Positions 27,029-36,900 of a DNA stretch of 64,000 nt are shown in pieces (within the stretch, counting starts at the first letter, position 1; each line of letters starts with the position of its first letter). Source of the DNA: Chloroflexota bacterium (lineage in GTDB: Bacteria > Chloroflexota > Dehalococcoidia > SZUA-161 > SpSt-899); assembly GCA_013203045.1 (NCBI GenBank), contig JABMQN010000275.1, positions 4,515 to 68,514 of the forward strand. The letters are read 5' to 3'. The position numbers and the translations under genes were made by a program. Below the pieces are notes generated by a model, which did no database searches, was not told the DNA's origin, and saw nothing but the letters and a program-made list of their open reading frames with translations.

Positions 27029-28327
27029 TTATGGTGCCTCGAGAATAGCAACCCACTCATTGTTATACCTGAAAACATCTTCTTCTGCTGCCCGAATCTG
27101 GTACATACCAAGATGATCAACAGCCGTTCGTCGTGACTCATTGAAACCAAATTCAAAACCATCGATAGTCATATTAAACGACTTTGCAGCCTGATAAAGG
27201 GCCTCAGAATCGAATTTCTCCGGGCCTACAGCCTCAACTGCATCAGCTATGACCTCCAGCATGATGTATATGGGCATTACAGAAATGTATCCGTTACCCA
27301 TTCGAATAGTCTCTTCAGCATCGATTTCAGAATGATTCTCATAAAGCAATGTCCTGGCCAGATTGATCAAGGTACTATCTTCGGTCCACCACCACGGAGA
27401 CTGTATTATCAGCATCTCATCGACTTCAGTCCAAAGGTCCGCGTCATCTATCAACCCCAGAAATGCGCCATGTGCATCAGTACCAATGAGTTTTGCCTTA
27501 TGGCCTGCGTCTCGGAACTCCTTTACAAAATTGTTCATTGGAACAGGTGGCAACACATAATCACAGTCTTTCAATGCCGCTATTTCAGGCCCCCAAGTAA
27601 AAGTGAACCCAGTTAAATGTCCGCCATCCCACTCATACAGCTCCGGATGTTCTTTCGCGTATTTCTCAGATCCACCTAGAATTTCTTCTCCGTAAGCTTC
27701 GGCCCAATAAGCTCCACCGATTACAGCCGGCCTGTCTTTAGGAAAACGAGGATCGTTTTCAGCGATCCATTTGAGAAGGGTATAGCTAATATCCCTGGGG
27801 AAAGTGTTTGCGGGACAAAATGCATGTCCCGGAGGCAACAGTCCCTCTTTACTTGGAGCCAGAGCAAACAACACCATCCCATCGTCCTCGATACGAGGCC
27901 TGAGCGTTTCAGTCGTCGATGGCAAGGGGGCAAAAATCAGATCTGCATCTCTCCTTTTGAGCCACTCATATCCAGGGATATCTTTTGCAGGATCAAATTG
28001 CCCATCGTACAAAACTACCTTTAATTCGACTCCCGGGATAAGGTTTTCATCATTATAGTATTCAATCATATCTTCCAATGCCATGTTTACGATACTCATC
28101 GCATTTGAGGCAACGCCCGTAATATCCGTTAAATTCCCGATTGTTATTACCTTGTCTTCCACAGTAGGTGAAAACGTAGGTATCGACGTTGGTTCAATTG
28201 TAACTGATACAGTGGGAACCGATGTGTTCTCACTCTCGTTATTATCCCCACATGCAATCGTTAAAAGTAGCATCAAACACAACGATACACAAACAGTTAT
28301 TCTAATCTCTCTGGAAGCCCTTCCCAT
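27029..28327 (-). CDS. PBP1-type (Liv-like) solute-binding lipoprotein, orphan (no cognate permease adjacent)
   Basis: Lipobox LLLTIACG, a TP-rich linker, and a type-I periplasmic-binding-fold body. It is paralogous to 55432..56709. Confidence 0.65.
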   Translation of the reverse strand: MGRASREIRITVCVSLCLMLLLTIACGDNNESENTSVPTVSVTIEPTSIPTFSPTVEDKVITIGNLTDITGVASNAMSIVNMALEDMIEYYNDENLIPGVELKVVLYDGQFDPAKDIPGYEWLKRRDADLIFAPLPSTTETLRPRIEDDGMVLFALAPSKEGLLPPGHAFCPANTFPRDISYTLLKWIAENDPRFPKDRPAVIGGAYWAEAYGEEILGGSEKYAKEHPELYEWDGGHLTGFTFTWGPEIAALKDCDYVLPPVPMNNFVKEFRDAGHKAKLIGTDAHGAFLGLIDDADLWTEVDEMLIIQSPWWWTEDSTLINLARTLLYENHSEIDAEETIRMGNGYISVMPIYIMLEVIADAVEAVGPEKFDSEALYQAAKSFNMTIDGFEFGFNESRRTAVDHLGMYQIRAAEEDVFRYNNEWVAILEAP

Positions 28328-28549
28328 GTCTCCTCCTCATTAATCGGCTACGTGTCCAACCGACTCTCAAGTTTATCCTCCCCTTATTATCCTTCATAAT
28401 AATAACAACGACTGGATGTTGCAATACTCCAAAAAAACAGCGAAACTAAACCTAACACTTATTAAAGATCGAATGAATTGCATAATAGCAACATGATACA
28501 ATAGGTAGCAAATTAAAATCGCATTGGATCAATAAGGTAGGGATGCATA

Positions 28550-29005
28550 TTGAAAATCGGTGTCATCTCAGATACACATGCCAGTACATTAAGCGATATT
28601 CCAGTATCTGTGTTAAGAGCCCTGGAAAATGTAGATCTGATTGTTCACGCCGGGGATTTCACAGACAAAGCGGTACTTGACGAATTACGGAATCTGGGAG
28701 ATGTGAAAGCAGTCTGCGGAAATATGGACTCCGGTGAACTCAAAAGAATGCTCTCTCCCAAAGAGACTTTCACAGCCAATGGAAAACGTATTGGACTTAC
28801 ACATGGATCTGGAAGTCGCCTGGGAATAGCCTCAAGAATACGAGATATGTTCGATGATGCGGATATATTTATATATGGTCACTCGCATGAACCCGATTCT
28901 CAGACGATACGGGGGATTCTCATGTTCAATCCCGGGCCTGTAAGGAGGTCGTTCGGGATGATTACTATTGATAAAGATATCAAAACGGAAATAGTCACTA
29001 TCTAA
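28550..29005 (+). CDS. YfcE/MJ0936-family metallophosphoesterase
   Basis: MKIGVISDTHAS, GDF.D, and GHSHE motifs. TTG start. Confidence 0.75.
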   Translation: MKIGVISDTHASTLSDIPVSVLRALENVDLIVHAGDFTDKAVLDELRNLGDVKAVCGNMDSGELKRMLSPKETFTANGKRIGLTHGSGSRLGIASRIRDMFDDADIFIYGHSHEPDSQTIRGILMFNPGPVRRSFGMITIDKDIKTEIVTI

Positions 29006-29038
29006 AATACGTTGCAATATCCATTTTGACATGGAGAA

Positions 29039-29935
29039 TTGATAATGGGACTTAGAATATACCGGGAACCCGATATTACCAAACCGGACTTGATTGCCGC
29101 CTGGCCAGGTATCGGTAATATTGGGCTGATCGCTGTCGACACCTTGAGAAGAGCCGTTGGGGCTGAACCTTTCGCAGAGATAGAGCCCTGGCATTTCTTC
29201 TATCCGAACGGGATAACCGTTCAGAATGGCGAACTCATCGATATGGGTTTTCCTCGGAGCCGATTCTTTTACAAGAAACTTGGCACAAAGGACTTGATAT
29301 TTTTTGTAGGAGAAGAACAACCCTCCGGCGGGAGAAAAGGTTACGAAATGGTTGACCTCGTACTTAATTTAGCATCGATGTTCAGGTGTCAAAGGGTGTA
29401 CACCGCCGCTGCCGCAGTTAATACCATTCATCACTCGGTAAAACCCAAAGTCTGGGCAGTCCCCAATAACAAAACCCTCATACAAGAAGTAAAACAATAC
29501 CCTAACACTGTTTTAATGAGCGATGTGGCGGGTAGAATAGGTGAGGGTAATATATCAGGACTTAACGGTCTTCTGTTGGGCGCAGCTAGCAAAAGAGACC
29601 TGCCGGGCATCTGCCTCCTCGGGGAAATCCCGGTGTACGTCTCTCAGTTCATGACACCTTATCCCAAGGCCTCGCGATCCATAATAGAGATCTTAAACCA
29701 CAACTTAGGAATTGATCCTGACCTGAGCCGATTGGACGAAATGGACCGGGAAGTCGACGAAAATATCGAGAGATTATACACTATGATTCCTCAGGAAATG
29801 AGAGATCATATCGATCATCTGAAATATGTAGAGCAGCCTGAAGCAGAATCTACTGGCAAGATAACAGAAGAGGACAAGAAAGATATCATGCAACATATCG
29901 AAGAATTCTTTAAGAAAGGCGGACAAGAGGATTGA
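29039..29935 (+). CDS. PAC2-family protein (proteasome-assembly-chaperone-2-like)
   Basis: ~300-aa PAC2-like body (PDLIAAWPGIGNIGLIAV...). Confidence 0.6.
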   Translation: MIMGLRIYREPDITKPDLIAAWPGIGNIGLIAVDTLRRAVGAEPFAEIEPWHFFYPNGITVQNGELIDMGFPRSRFFYKKLGTKDLIFFVGEEQPSGGRKGYEMVDLVLNLASMFRCQRVYTAAAAVNTIHHSVKPKVWAVPNNKTLIQEVKQYPNTVLMSDVAGRIGEGNISGLNGLLLGAASKRDLPGICLLGEIPVYVSQFMTPYPKASRSIIEILNHNLGIDPDLSRLDEMDREVDENIERLYTMIPQEMRDHIDHLKYVEQPEAESTGKITEEDKKDIMQHIEEFFKKGGQED

Positions 29936-30738
29936 CTGATGGTGATCTTCAGAAGCCTTCGCTTATAGTGATCTGGACTCACGAGGTGGGTGGTTTATCG
30001 AAGGGACTTGTTACCCATCTTGAAGAGAAACTGGGATGGGTATGCATCGAGGAGATTGAGCCAGCCGGTTTCTTCTCTCTCTCCGGTGTTGAAGTGAAAA
30101 ATGACCTCATCCAGTTCCCTGCTAGCAGATTCTATTCCTGCCTGAAAGAGAATGTCTTCTTTTTTGTAAGCCATGCTCCCAGTCGAGAACCGTACCAATT
30201 TCTTACAAAAGTTATAGATTTGGCAATTGACAGTTGTGGAATCAAGGAACTCTATACTATTGGTGGAGTGGTTACATCAGTCACTCACACCAGTCCCAGA
30301 CGTGTGTTTGGCATTGTTAATCACGCAGAGCTCAACGATACATTGACACAATGCGGGGTGGAAACGGGCATGGATTATCAGACTCCCCCCGGTGGCGGCA
30401 CAAGTCTCAGTAATTATTTGTTATGGGTCTCCAAGACAAGGAACCTCGCAGGCTGTACATTATGGGTTGAGGTGCCGTTCTATCTCGCTAACGTCCGCGA
30501 TCCTATGGCTTGCAAAAAGATGCTTGAAATCCTGAATCTCAGGTTTTCCATGGAATTGGATCTGCACCCGATTGATATTGCCATAGAAAGACTTAATACG
30601 GACATACAAAGTCTTAGGGCTGAAAACACGGATATCAGCCGATATATTGAACTTCTGGAAAGAGGTATCGCGCTCAGTGAAGATGAGGGTGAAACTTTAT
30701 CACGAGAAGTAATCAAACTCCTCTATAACTATGATTAA
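29932..30738 (+). CDS. PAC2-family protein (tandem paralog)
   Basis: Second PAC2-like ORF. Its start overlaps the upstream stop (ATGA). Confidence 0.55.
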   Translation: MTDGDLQKPSLIVIWTHEVGGLSKGLVTHLEEKLGWVCIEEIEPAGFFSLSGVEVKNDLIQFPASRFYSCLKENVFFFVSHAPSREPYQFLTKVIDLAIDSCGIKELYTIGGVVTSVTHTSPRRVFGIVNHAELNDTLTQCGVETGMDYQTPPGGGTSLSNYLLWVSKTRNLAGCTLWVEVPFYLANVRDPMACKKMLEILNLRFSMELDLHPIDIAIERLNTDIQSLRAENTDISRYIELLERGIALSEDEGETLSREVIKLLYNYD

Positions 30739-30909
30739 TTTCTGTTCTACCCTTTTGTTCACTCTTGAGCAATTGCATTTTAACTTCAGAGGGATACTGT
30801 AAATTTAAGTTAGACTTACCTGACAAAAGCAATTTTCTGCATCACCCAAAAAAATAAACATCGATTAAGATTTGCCATCTTCACCTGTCCGGTGAAGGAT
30901 ACAGTGTTA

Positions 30910-31206
30910 TGTCATTCCGGCCTTCGCAGACTGTGTCACAATGGCTTCACGTGCCCTTCCCACATGAGAAGGGTTCCAGTATCGGAAGGATGGCGTGGCA
31001 AATCCCCCTTCTATTTCCCCTTTATCAAAGGGGGTTAGGGGGATTTCAATCTCCTCTGGAGGACAAGAAAATTGAGAAACAAAAGGCTGAGATCGAAAAG
31101 AAGATTGGGAAACTTAGTGGGTAGTCTTTGCTATGTCATTCCCATGCAAATGGGAATCCAGAGGGGCGGCGGTGAAGTGGATTCCGGATCGGCGTCCGGA
31201 ATGACA
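30910..31206. repeat. non-coding hairpin-rich element bounded by 11-bp inverted repeats TGTCATTCCGG (MITE-like)
   Basis: The left end is TGTCATTCCGG and the right end is CCGGAATGACA. An internal third copy TGTCATTCC and several nested perfect hairpins (AAATCCCCCT..AGGGGGATTT; ATTCCCATgcaaATGGGAAT) are present. Confidence 0.45.
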
Positions 31207-31488
31207 CGAACGGCTCAGAATTTCATACTTGTACGAAAGTCGTAGATGCGCCTTGGAGTGTCAAAATCCAGAGGAGTGAGACAGTTTCAAATCTCCGAAA
31301 GATTAAATTCCCTCCTTTTTTGTCGAGCAACTTCCCATCCCAATCCCTCAAAAACCTTTACCACCTGAAGGCCACTAAGGACAGCGGGCAGGTTGGATCA
31401 TCGGCACCATTCAAACTGAGAATGGTGGGTTTCACTGCATTTCACCCACCGTACGTTAACTAAGATAGCTCGGTTGCATGAGGTCACC

Positions 31489-31908
31489 TTAATCCACAGT
31501 CTGGTTCTGCCCCGCTGCAAATGCAGCCCGAATATCTCCCGTCAAAGGAATCGGTTTGTTCGTTTTCGCATCTATCATTACAAAGGTAACATCCGCATCA
31601 GCAACCGGGGTCTCTTTTCCTTTCAGTACTAATTCCTGCCGAATGGTAGCACTCGCATTACCAAGTTTAGATACCCAGGTTCGAATCTCTATTACCTCTC
31701 CCATAAAGGCAGGCCGACGATAGTTGATATTGATGTTGACCACAGAAAAGGCGATTCCCCTTCGCTGCCACTCATCGATATCAAGACTCTCCTCCGCAAA
31801 AGACCAGCGTGCCTCTTCAAGGAATTCCAGATAGCGGGCATTATTGACATGCCCATATAGATCAAGGTGATATCCACGCACTTTAATCTCTGTGATGCTC
31901 GGTATCAT
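31489..31908 (-). CDS. acyl-CoA thioesterase, 4HBT (YbgC/FadM) family
   Basis: HLDLYGHVNNARYLEFLEEAR is the hot-dog-fold signature. 139 aa. Confidence 0.85.
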   Translation of the reverse strand: MIPSITEIKVRGYHLDLYGHVNNARYLEFLEEARWSFAEESLDIDEWQRRGIAFSVVNININYRRPAFMGEVIEIRTWVSKLGNASATIRQELVLKGKETPVADADVTFVMIDAKTNKPIPLTGDIRAAFAAGQNQTVD

Positions 31909-32067
31909 GAATTAAGAAGCTCCTTCCAATACTCGATGAAAATGGATGGTTTCACATCCATATCTGCAAAATACTCCATTCACTGAGGAAATGCAATGCA
32001 CCTAAATATAAGGCATTTCTTTGCTCCAAATCCCAATAAATCTGGCACATACGTTTTACCTCACTGG

Positions 32068-32189
32068 TTTCGTAGCGCGATTCTTCAGGGTCGCTTCAGT
32101 CGAGGCCGTGCCCGCCGAAGCCAACCTTCATCTAACCCCCGCTGGCGCAGCTACAAGGGCAAAGGCGAGGATGAAGCCTCGCGCTACAT
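32068..32189. repeat. palindromic extragenic repeat copy B (long variant)
   Basis: The termini TTTCGTAGCGCGA ... TCGCGCTACAT and an adjacent CTTCAGG core match copy A at 18193..18251. An extra ~60-bp internal palindromic segment is present. Confidence 0.55.
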
Positions 32190-32416
32190 TCCAAATGGCC
32201 TCATCAAAGCTTCCCCTTGAAACACTACATCATAAATGGGGGATAGCCCTAATAGAAAACTCAGATAAGCACTGATTCATTTCTCGATCGATAGTGGCAA
32301 ACTTGTTTAATAGTGGGATGGTTTATTTGGACCAAATCCAGAAGGAGACGTATGCCTAGACAAGTTTACTTGGCCTGTTTTGATACAAGACAAAACGGCT
32401 CATTTGTCATGCTTAG

Positions 32417-33271
32417 TTGCAATCACGTAACCACCGGGACATTTTCATGAAAAGAACTGACATAGAGAACCTCGAAACAAAATTGCTGCTGGATGCCATT
32501 TACAAACGGTATGGGTATGATTTTAGTCATTATGCCACCGCCTCACTCAAGCGGCGGATTGAACACTTTTTGAACGAAAGTAATCATGATAAGATCACAG
32601 AAACGATTCCCCGGTTACTTTATGATGAGGTATTCTTCGAAGAATTGATCCAGACCCTTTCCATCACCGTGACCGAGATGTTCAGAGATCCTTTTGTCTA
32701 CCGTGCGATCAGAGGGAAAATCATCCCCACCTTAAAAGACCTTCCCTTTCTGAAGATATGGCACGCAGGGTGTGCCACAGGAGAAGAGGTATATTCTATG
32801 GCCATTCTGCTCAAAGAGGCCGGTATCTTTAAAAATTTCCACATTTATGCTACCGATTTCAACAACCATGCTTTAGAGAGAGCAAGAGAGGGGATTTATC
32901 CTTTGAAGAACGCTCGTATAAGCACAGTCAACTATCAGAAATCGGATGGGGAAACGTCCTTTTCGGATTACTACCAATCAAAATATGACTCCGTGATCAT
33001 GAACCGTGATCTGAAGAAGAACATTACTTTTGCCAATCACAACCTCGTTACCGACTCTGTCTTCGGTGAAATGAACTTCATAATCTGCCGTAATGTGATG
33101 ATATATTTCGATAAAATACTGCAAGAACGAGTATTTCATCTGTTCAACGATAGCCTGAGCATAGGTGGATTCCTGTGCATTGGCAGTAAGGAATCCCTAC
33201 AATTCTCCGAAGTGTACGATAACTTCGAAGAGGTTGCACGCAAAGAGAGGATATACCGAAAAATCAGGTAG
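32417..33271 (+). CDS. cheR: CheR-type protein-glutamate O-methyltransferase
   Basis: SAM-binding region LKIWHAGCATGEEVYSMAILL plus the CheR N-terminal helical domain. Confidence 0.85.
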   Translation: MQSRNHRDIFMKRTDIENLETKLLLDAIYKRYGYDFSHYATASLKRRIEHFLNESNHDKITETIPRLLYDEVFFEELIQTLSITVTEMFRDPFVYRAIRGKIIPTLKDLPFLKIWHAGCATGEEVYSMAILLKEAGIFKNFHIYATDFNNHALERAREGIYPLKNARISTVNYQKSDGETSFSDYYQSKYDSVIMNRDLKKNITFANHNLVTDSVFGEMNFIICRNVMIYFDKILQERVFHLFNDSLSIGGFLCIGSKESLQFSEVYDNFEEVARKERIYRKIR

Positions 33272-33930
33272 TGACAGCAGAAAGGTCGATAGGAGATGGC
33301 TGGAAAGCTATGAGCAAGAAAAACGGTTACAAAGCAGTGGTTGTGGGGGTATCCGCCGGTGGTATGGATGCCCTTCCTCGAATTTTGAAACCTTTGCCGA
33401 AAAATTTCCCGTTGCCGATCATCATTGTTCAGCACACCCATCCAAGTGGCGATGACGGCTTTTTCGTTCGTTATCTTAACCAGAGATGCAAACTCGAAGT
33501 CATTGAGGCAACCGAGAATCAACCAATCGAAGACGGAAAAGTGTACCTCGCACCTGCCGATCGTCATCTTCTCATTGAACAAGACAGATTACTTGCACTA
33601 TCCACCGCAAGCAAGGTCAATCACTCCAGACCCTCCATCGATGTGCTATTCGAAAGTGCGGCAGATGCTTATGATTCAGGACTCATTGGTATTATCCTTA
33701 CTGGTGCCACTTCAGACGGGGCAAAGGGAATGAAAAAAATCGACGATTGTGGCGGTATAACAATAGCTCAAAACCCGGAAACTGCAAAAGCACCCGCCAT
33801 GCCCAAAGCGGCCATTGAAGCCTGTGAGATCGATTATGTACTTCCTCTGGAGAATATTCCAGAGGAGTTATTGAAGTTAACCAGAAAAGTAATCTTTACA
33901 TCTTCTCTGAATCAAGGAGATATATCATGA
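33271..33930 (+). CDS. cheB: CheB-type protein-glutamate methylesterase, catalytic domain only (no receiver domain)
   Basis: AVVVGVSAGGMDAL, IVQHTH, and the GD/GTS motifs of CheB_methylest. The real start may be ATG 33310 (MSKKNG). Confidence 0.8.
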   Translation: MTAERSIGDGWKAMSKKNGYKAVVVGVSAGGMDALPRILKPLPKNFPLPIIIVQHTHPSGDDGFFVRYLNQRCKLEVIEATENQPIEDGKVYLAPADRHLLIEQDRLLALSTASKVNHSRPSIDVLFESAADAYDSGLIGIILTGATSDGAKGMKKIDDCGGITIAQNPETAKAPAMPKAAIEACEIDYVLPLENIPEELLKLTRKVIFTSSLNQGDIS

Positions 33931-36900
33931 AAAAACCCACCATTCCACAAAACCCCCAAAGTAAGTTCTTGAGCCTGCGAGGTAAATTGACCTTACTAAT
34001 ACTACTCATCGGCATACTGCCCATAATTATTATTGGTTTCATCTCGTATAGCAGTTATGGTCAGTCCGTTACAAGCGCAAAAAAGGGAATCAGTACTTCC
34101 GAACAGAAACTATCGGATGGTTTTGTCGGCCTGAATTTGCAGAACATAGCTCATGACACAGCTAAAGAAGTTGATGAATTCTTTGAATCAACCATGGCTG
34201 ATGTTATAGCTAGTGCCAAATACTCTTTAATTGTAGATGCGACCCAGGAGTCCCTTGGTGTAGCTGAAGAGTATGGATTTTCAAATGTGCCAAAGGAAGA
34301 TATCCAAAGAGTGATGGTATCTGCTCACAACAAAGCACCGAATGCATCCGCAGACAACTACCTCGCTCTGTTAGATATGGATCACCCAGCTACTGAACAC
34401 ATCCTGCAAATGAAGAGTAGCTCAAGATATTTTATCGATTTATTCTTCACTGATGTACTTGGATACAATGCATCGGTAACCGGTCCAACCGAGCGCTTTG
34501 TCCAATCAGATGAAAAGTGGTGGAAAGACGCATGGAATGAAGGAATCAGCATTGGCGATATCGAAGATATCGATGAAGACGAGTCCACCGAAATCTGGGC
34601 ACTCAGTATAGCCGTTCGCATCGACAATGAAGCCGGTGATCCTGTAGGTGTGATGAGAGCCGTGCTGGATATAGCCGCAATTCAAGATATAGCAACAACA
34701 AATGCAGGCAAGGTTGAAAGCGGACAAGTATTGATAGTCACCGAAAACGGGAGTCCGCTGGCAGAAACCGCCTCTGAACACGATCCCAAACGGATCATGA
34801 ATAAAGGAACATGGCAAAGTGACAATGAGGTAAGGAAAAAAGTCGATTCTGTCTTCAATGCCAGCACCCGCAATGGTTCTGAACTAATTGAGGACTCTAT
34901 GATAGGATTCGCCCGTTCTGCTTCAGCAGACTACTACAGCGAAATCGAAGGTTTCAACGGATTCAGTTGGGCTGTGATCGTTGAGCAACCCCAAGAAGTG
35001 GCCTTCGCGCTTCTAGCCAGTCTAAATGAATTGGAAAATGATCTTAGTAATTCTCAGAGAGCCACGGGGATGACTATCCTTGTGGTAGCCATAGGGATGG
35101 TTCTGATTGGAATACTTATTGCTTTCAGCGTCAGCCGCAGTATTACCAGACCAATGAACCGTCTCCGTAGTGCAACTGAACAGTTCCGCATGGGTAATGA
35201 AGATATCGTAATTGATATTGATTCCAAGGATGAGGTTGGTGATTTGGCCAAAGCTTTCAATCGGATGTTATCTGAACGAAAACTGGCAAACGAGGCACTG
35301 CGCACAGAACGTGATTATTCCACGGGAATTGTTGAACGCACACCGGCCGTCATTGTAGGTATTGCACCTGATGGCTCAGTAACATTCATTAATCCCGCTG
35401 GTGAAGAGATCACAGGATACAATTCGGAAGAACTTATTGACAAGAACTGGTGGCAAACCTTCCATCCGGGCGATGAATACAAGCAAGTCAAAGAGTTATT
35501 CCAGGTTTTACACGAGGGCGGTGATACACACAACTATGAGATGACCCTGACAGCGAAAGATGGAGAGAAGCATACCTGCGAATGGAATATTATCGAACGA
35601 TTTGATGAGAGTGGCGAAATTGTAGAGATCATTGCTTTCGGAAATAATATCACGGAACGCAAACAGTCGGAAGAAGACCTTAGAAAAGCGAACGAGGAAA
35701 TCAATCTGATTCTGGAAAACGTTACTTCAGTCAGTCAAGCTATTGTGGATGGGGACTTCAGTAAAGAAATCGAACTGACCACTGAAAAACCTGAACTGGG
35801 TTCTGCCTTGCAGGAAATGATCAGGATTCTCAAGGGAGTGGTAGATCAGGCAAATACTATCGCCGCCGGTAATTATGAAATGGATATCATCCCAAGATCA
35901 GAAATGGATGAACTTGGGATTGCTCTACAAAACATGACCCAGGCCTTGCGGGAAATGAAACAGGTAAACTATAAGCAATTGTGGTTCGCCGAACGCCAGG
36001 CACGATTGAACGACGTAATGCGCGGTGAACAAGATATCCCCGATCTTGCCAGAAATCTCACCGGTTATCTGGCCAAAACACTGAATGCTCAGATGGCTAC
36101 TCTATATGTATTAAATCCGGAAGATAACAAACTTCTCTTAGTAGGAAGTTATGCCTTCACTCACCGTAAGGGTAATCCCGGCATGTTTGAATTAGGCGAA
36201 GGACTGGTAGGACAAGCAGCACTTGAAAAGGAACTCATCGTTTTTTCCAACATTCCGGAAGATTATATCAAGATTGGCTCGTCTCTGGGTGATACCATCC
36301 CTCGCAATATCATGGTGATCCCATTCCTATACGATGGTAACACTACAGGTGTTATAGAGTTGGCGTCAGTTGAAGAATTTTCTGATGATACGATCGCTTT
36401 CCTCAATAGTGTTATGGAATCCATCGCTATCGCTGTTAACTCGGCTGAGGCTCGCGTGAAAATGCAGGAATTGCTTCATTACTCACAAGAACAGGCAGAA
36501 CAACTTCAATTCCAGGAGCAGGAACTGCGAACAGCCAATGAAGAACTGACTCTTAAAACCGAAAAACTGGAAGCATCCGAAAAGGGTCTTAAGAGCCAGC
36601 GAGAAGAGTTGCAGGCAACTAACGAAGAGCTGGAAGAGAAAACACAAAAACTGCAAACCTCACAGACCCAACTCACGGCCCAACAGGAACAATTGCAGGC
36701 TGCTAACGAGGAGTTGGAGGAGAAGACCTTTTCTCTGGAAAAACAGAGGGAAGAGGTTTTCAAGAAGAACGAGCAGCTTGAAATTGCGAGTCAGGAATTG
36801 GAACTACGAGCAGAAGACCTTAGATTGGCCAGTAAGTATAAGAGCGAGTTCCTGGCGAACATGTCACACGAACTCCGCACTCCCTTGAACAGTTTACTAG

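Noticed and set aside
30909-31124. 71-aa ORF MSFRPSQTVSQWLHVPF...
   Set aside because: It lies inside the hairpin-dense repeat region. It has no RBS, and its frame crosses several perfect palindromes. More likely non-coding.
32021-32275. 84-aa ORF spanning the palindromic repeat copy B
   Set aside because: Its frame runs through a REP-like inverted repeat, and its Ala/Arg-rich translation is typical of GC-rich repeat DNA.
36506-36763. 85-aa minus-strand Ser/Cys-rich ORF
   Set aside because: It is the reverse complement of the E/Q/L-rich coiled-coil repeats in the hybrid kinase.
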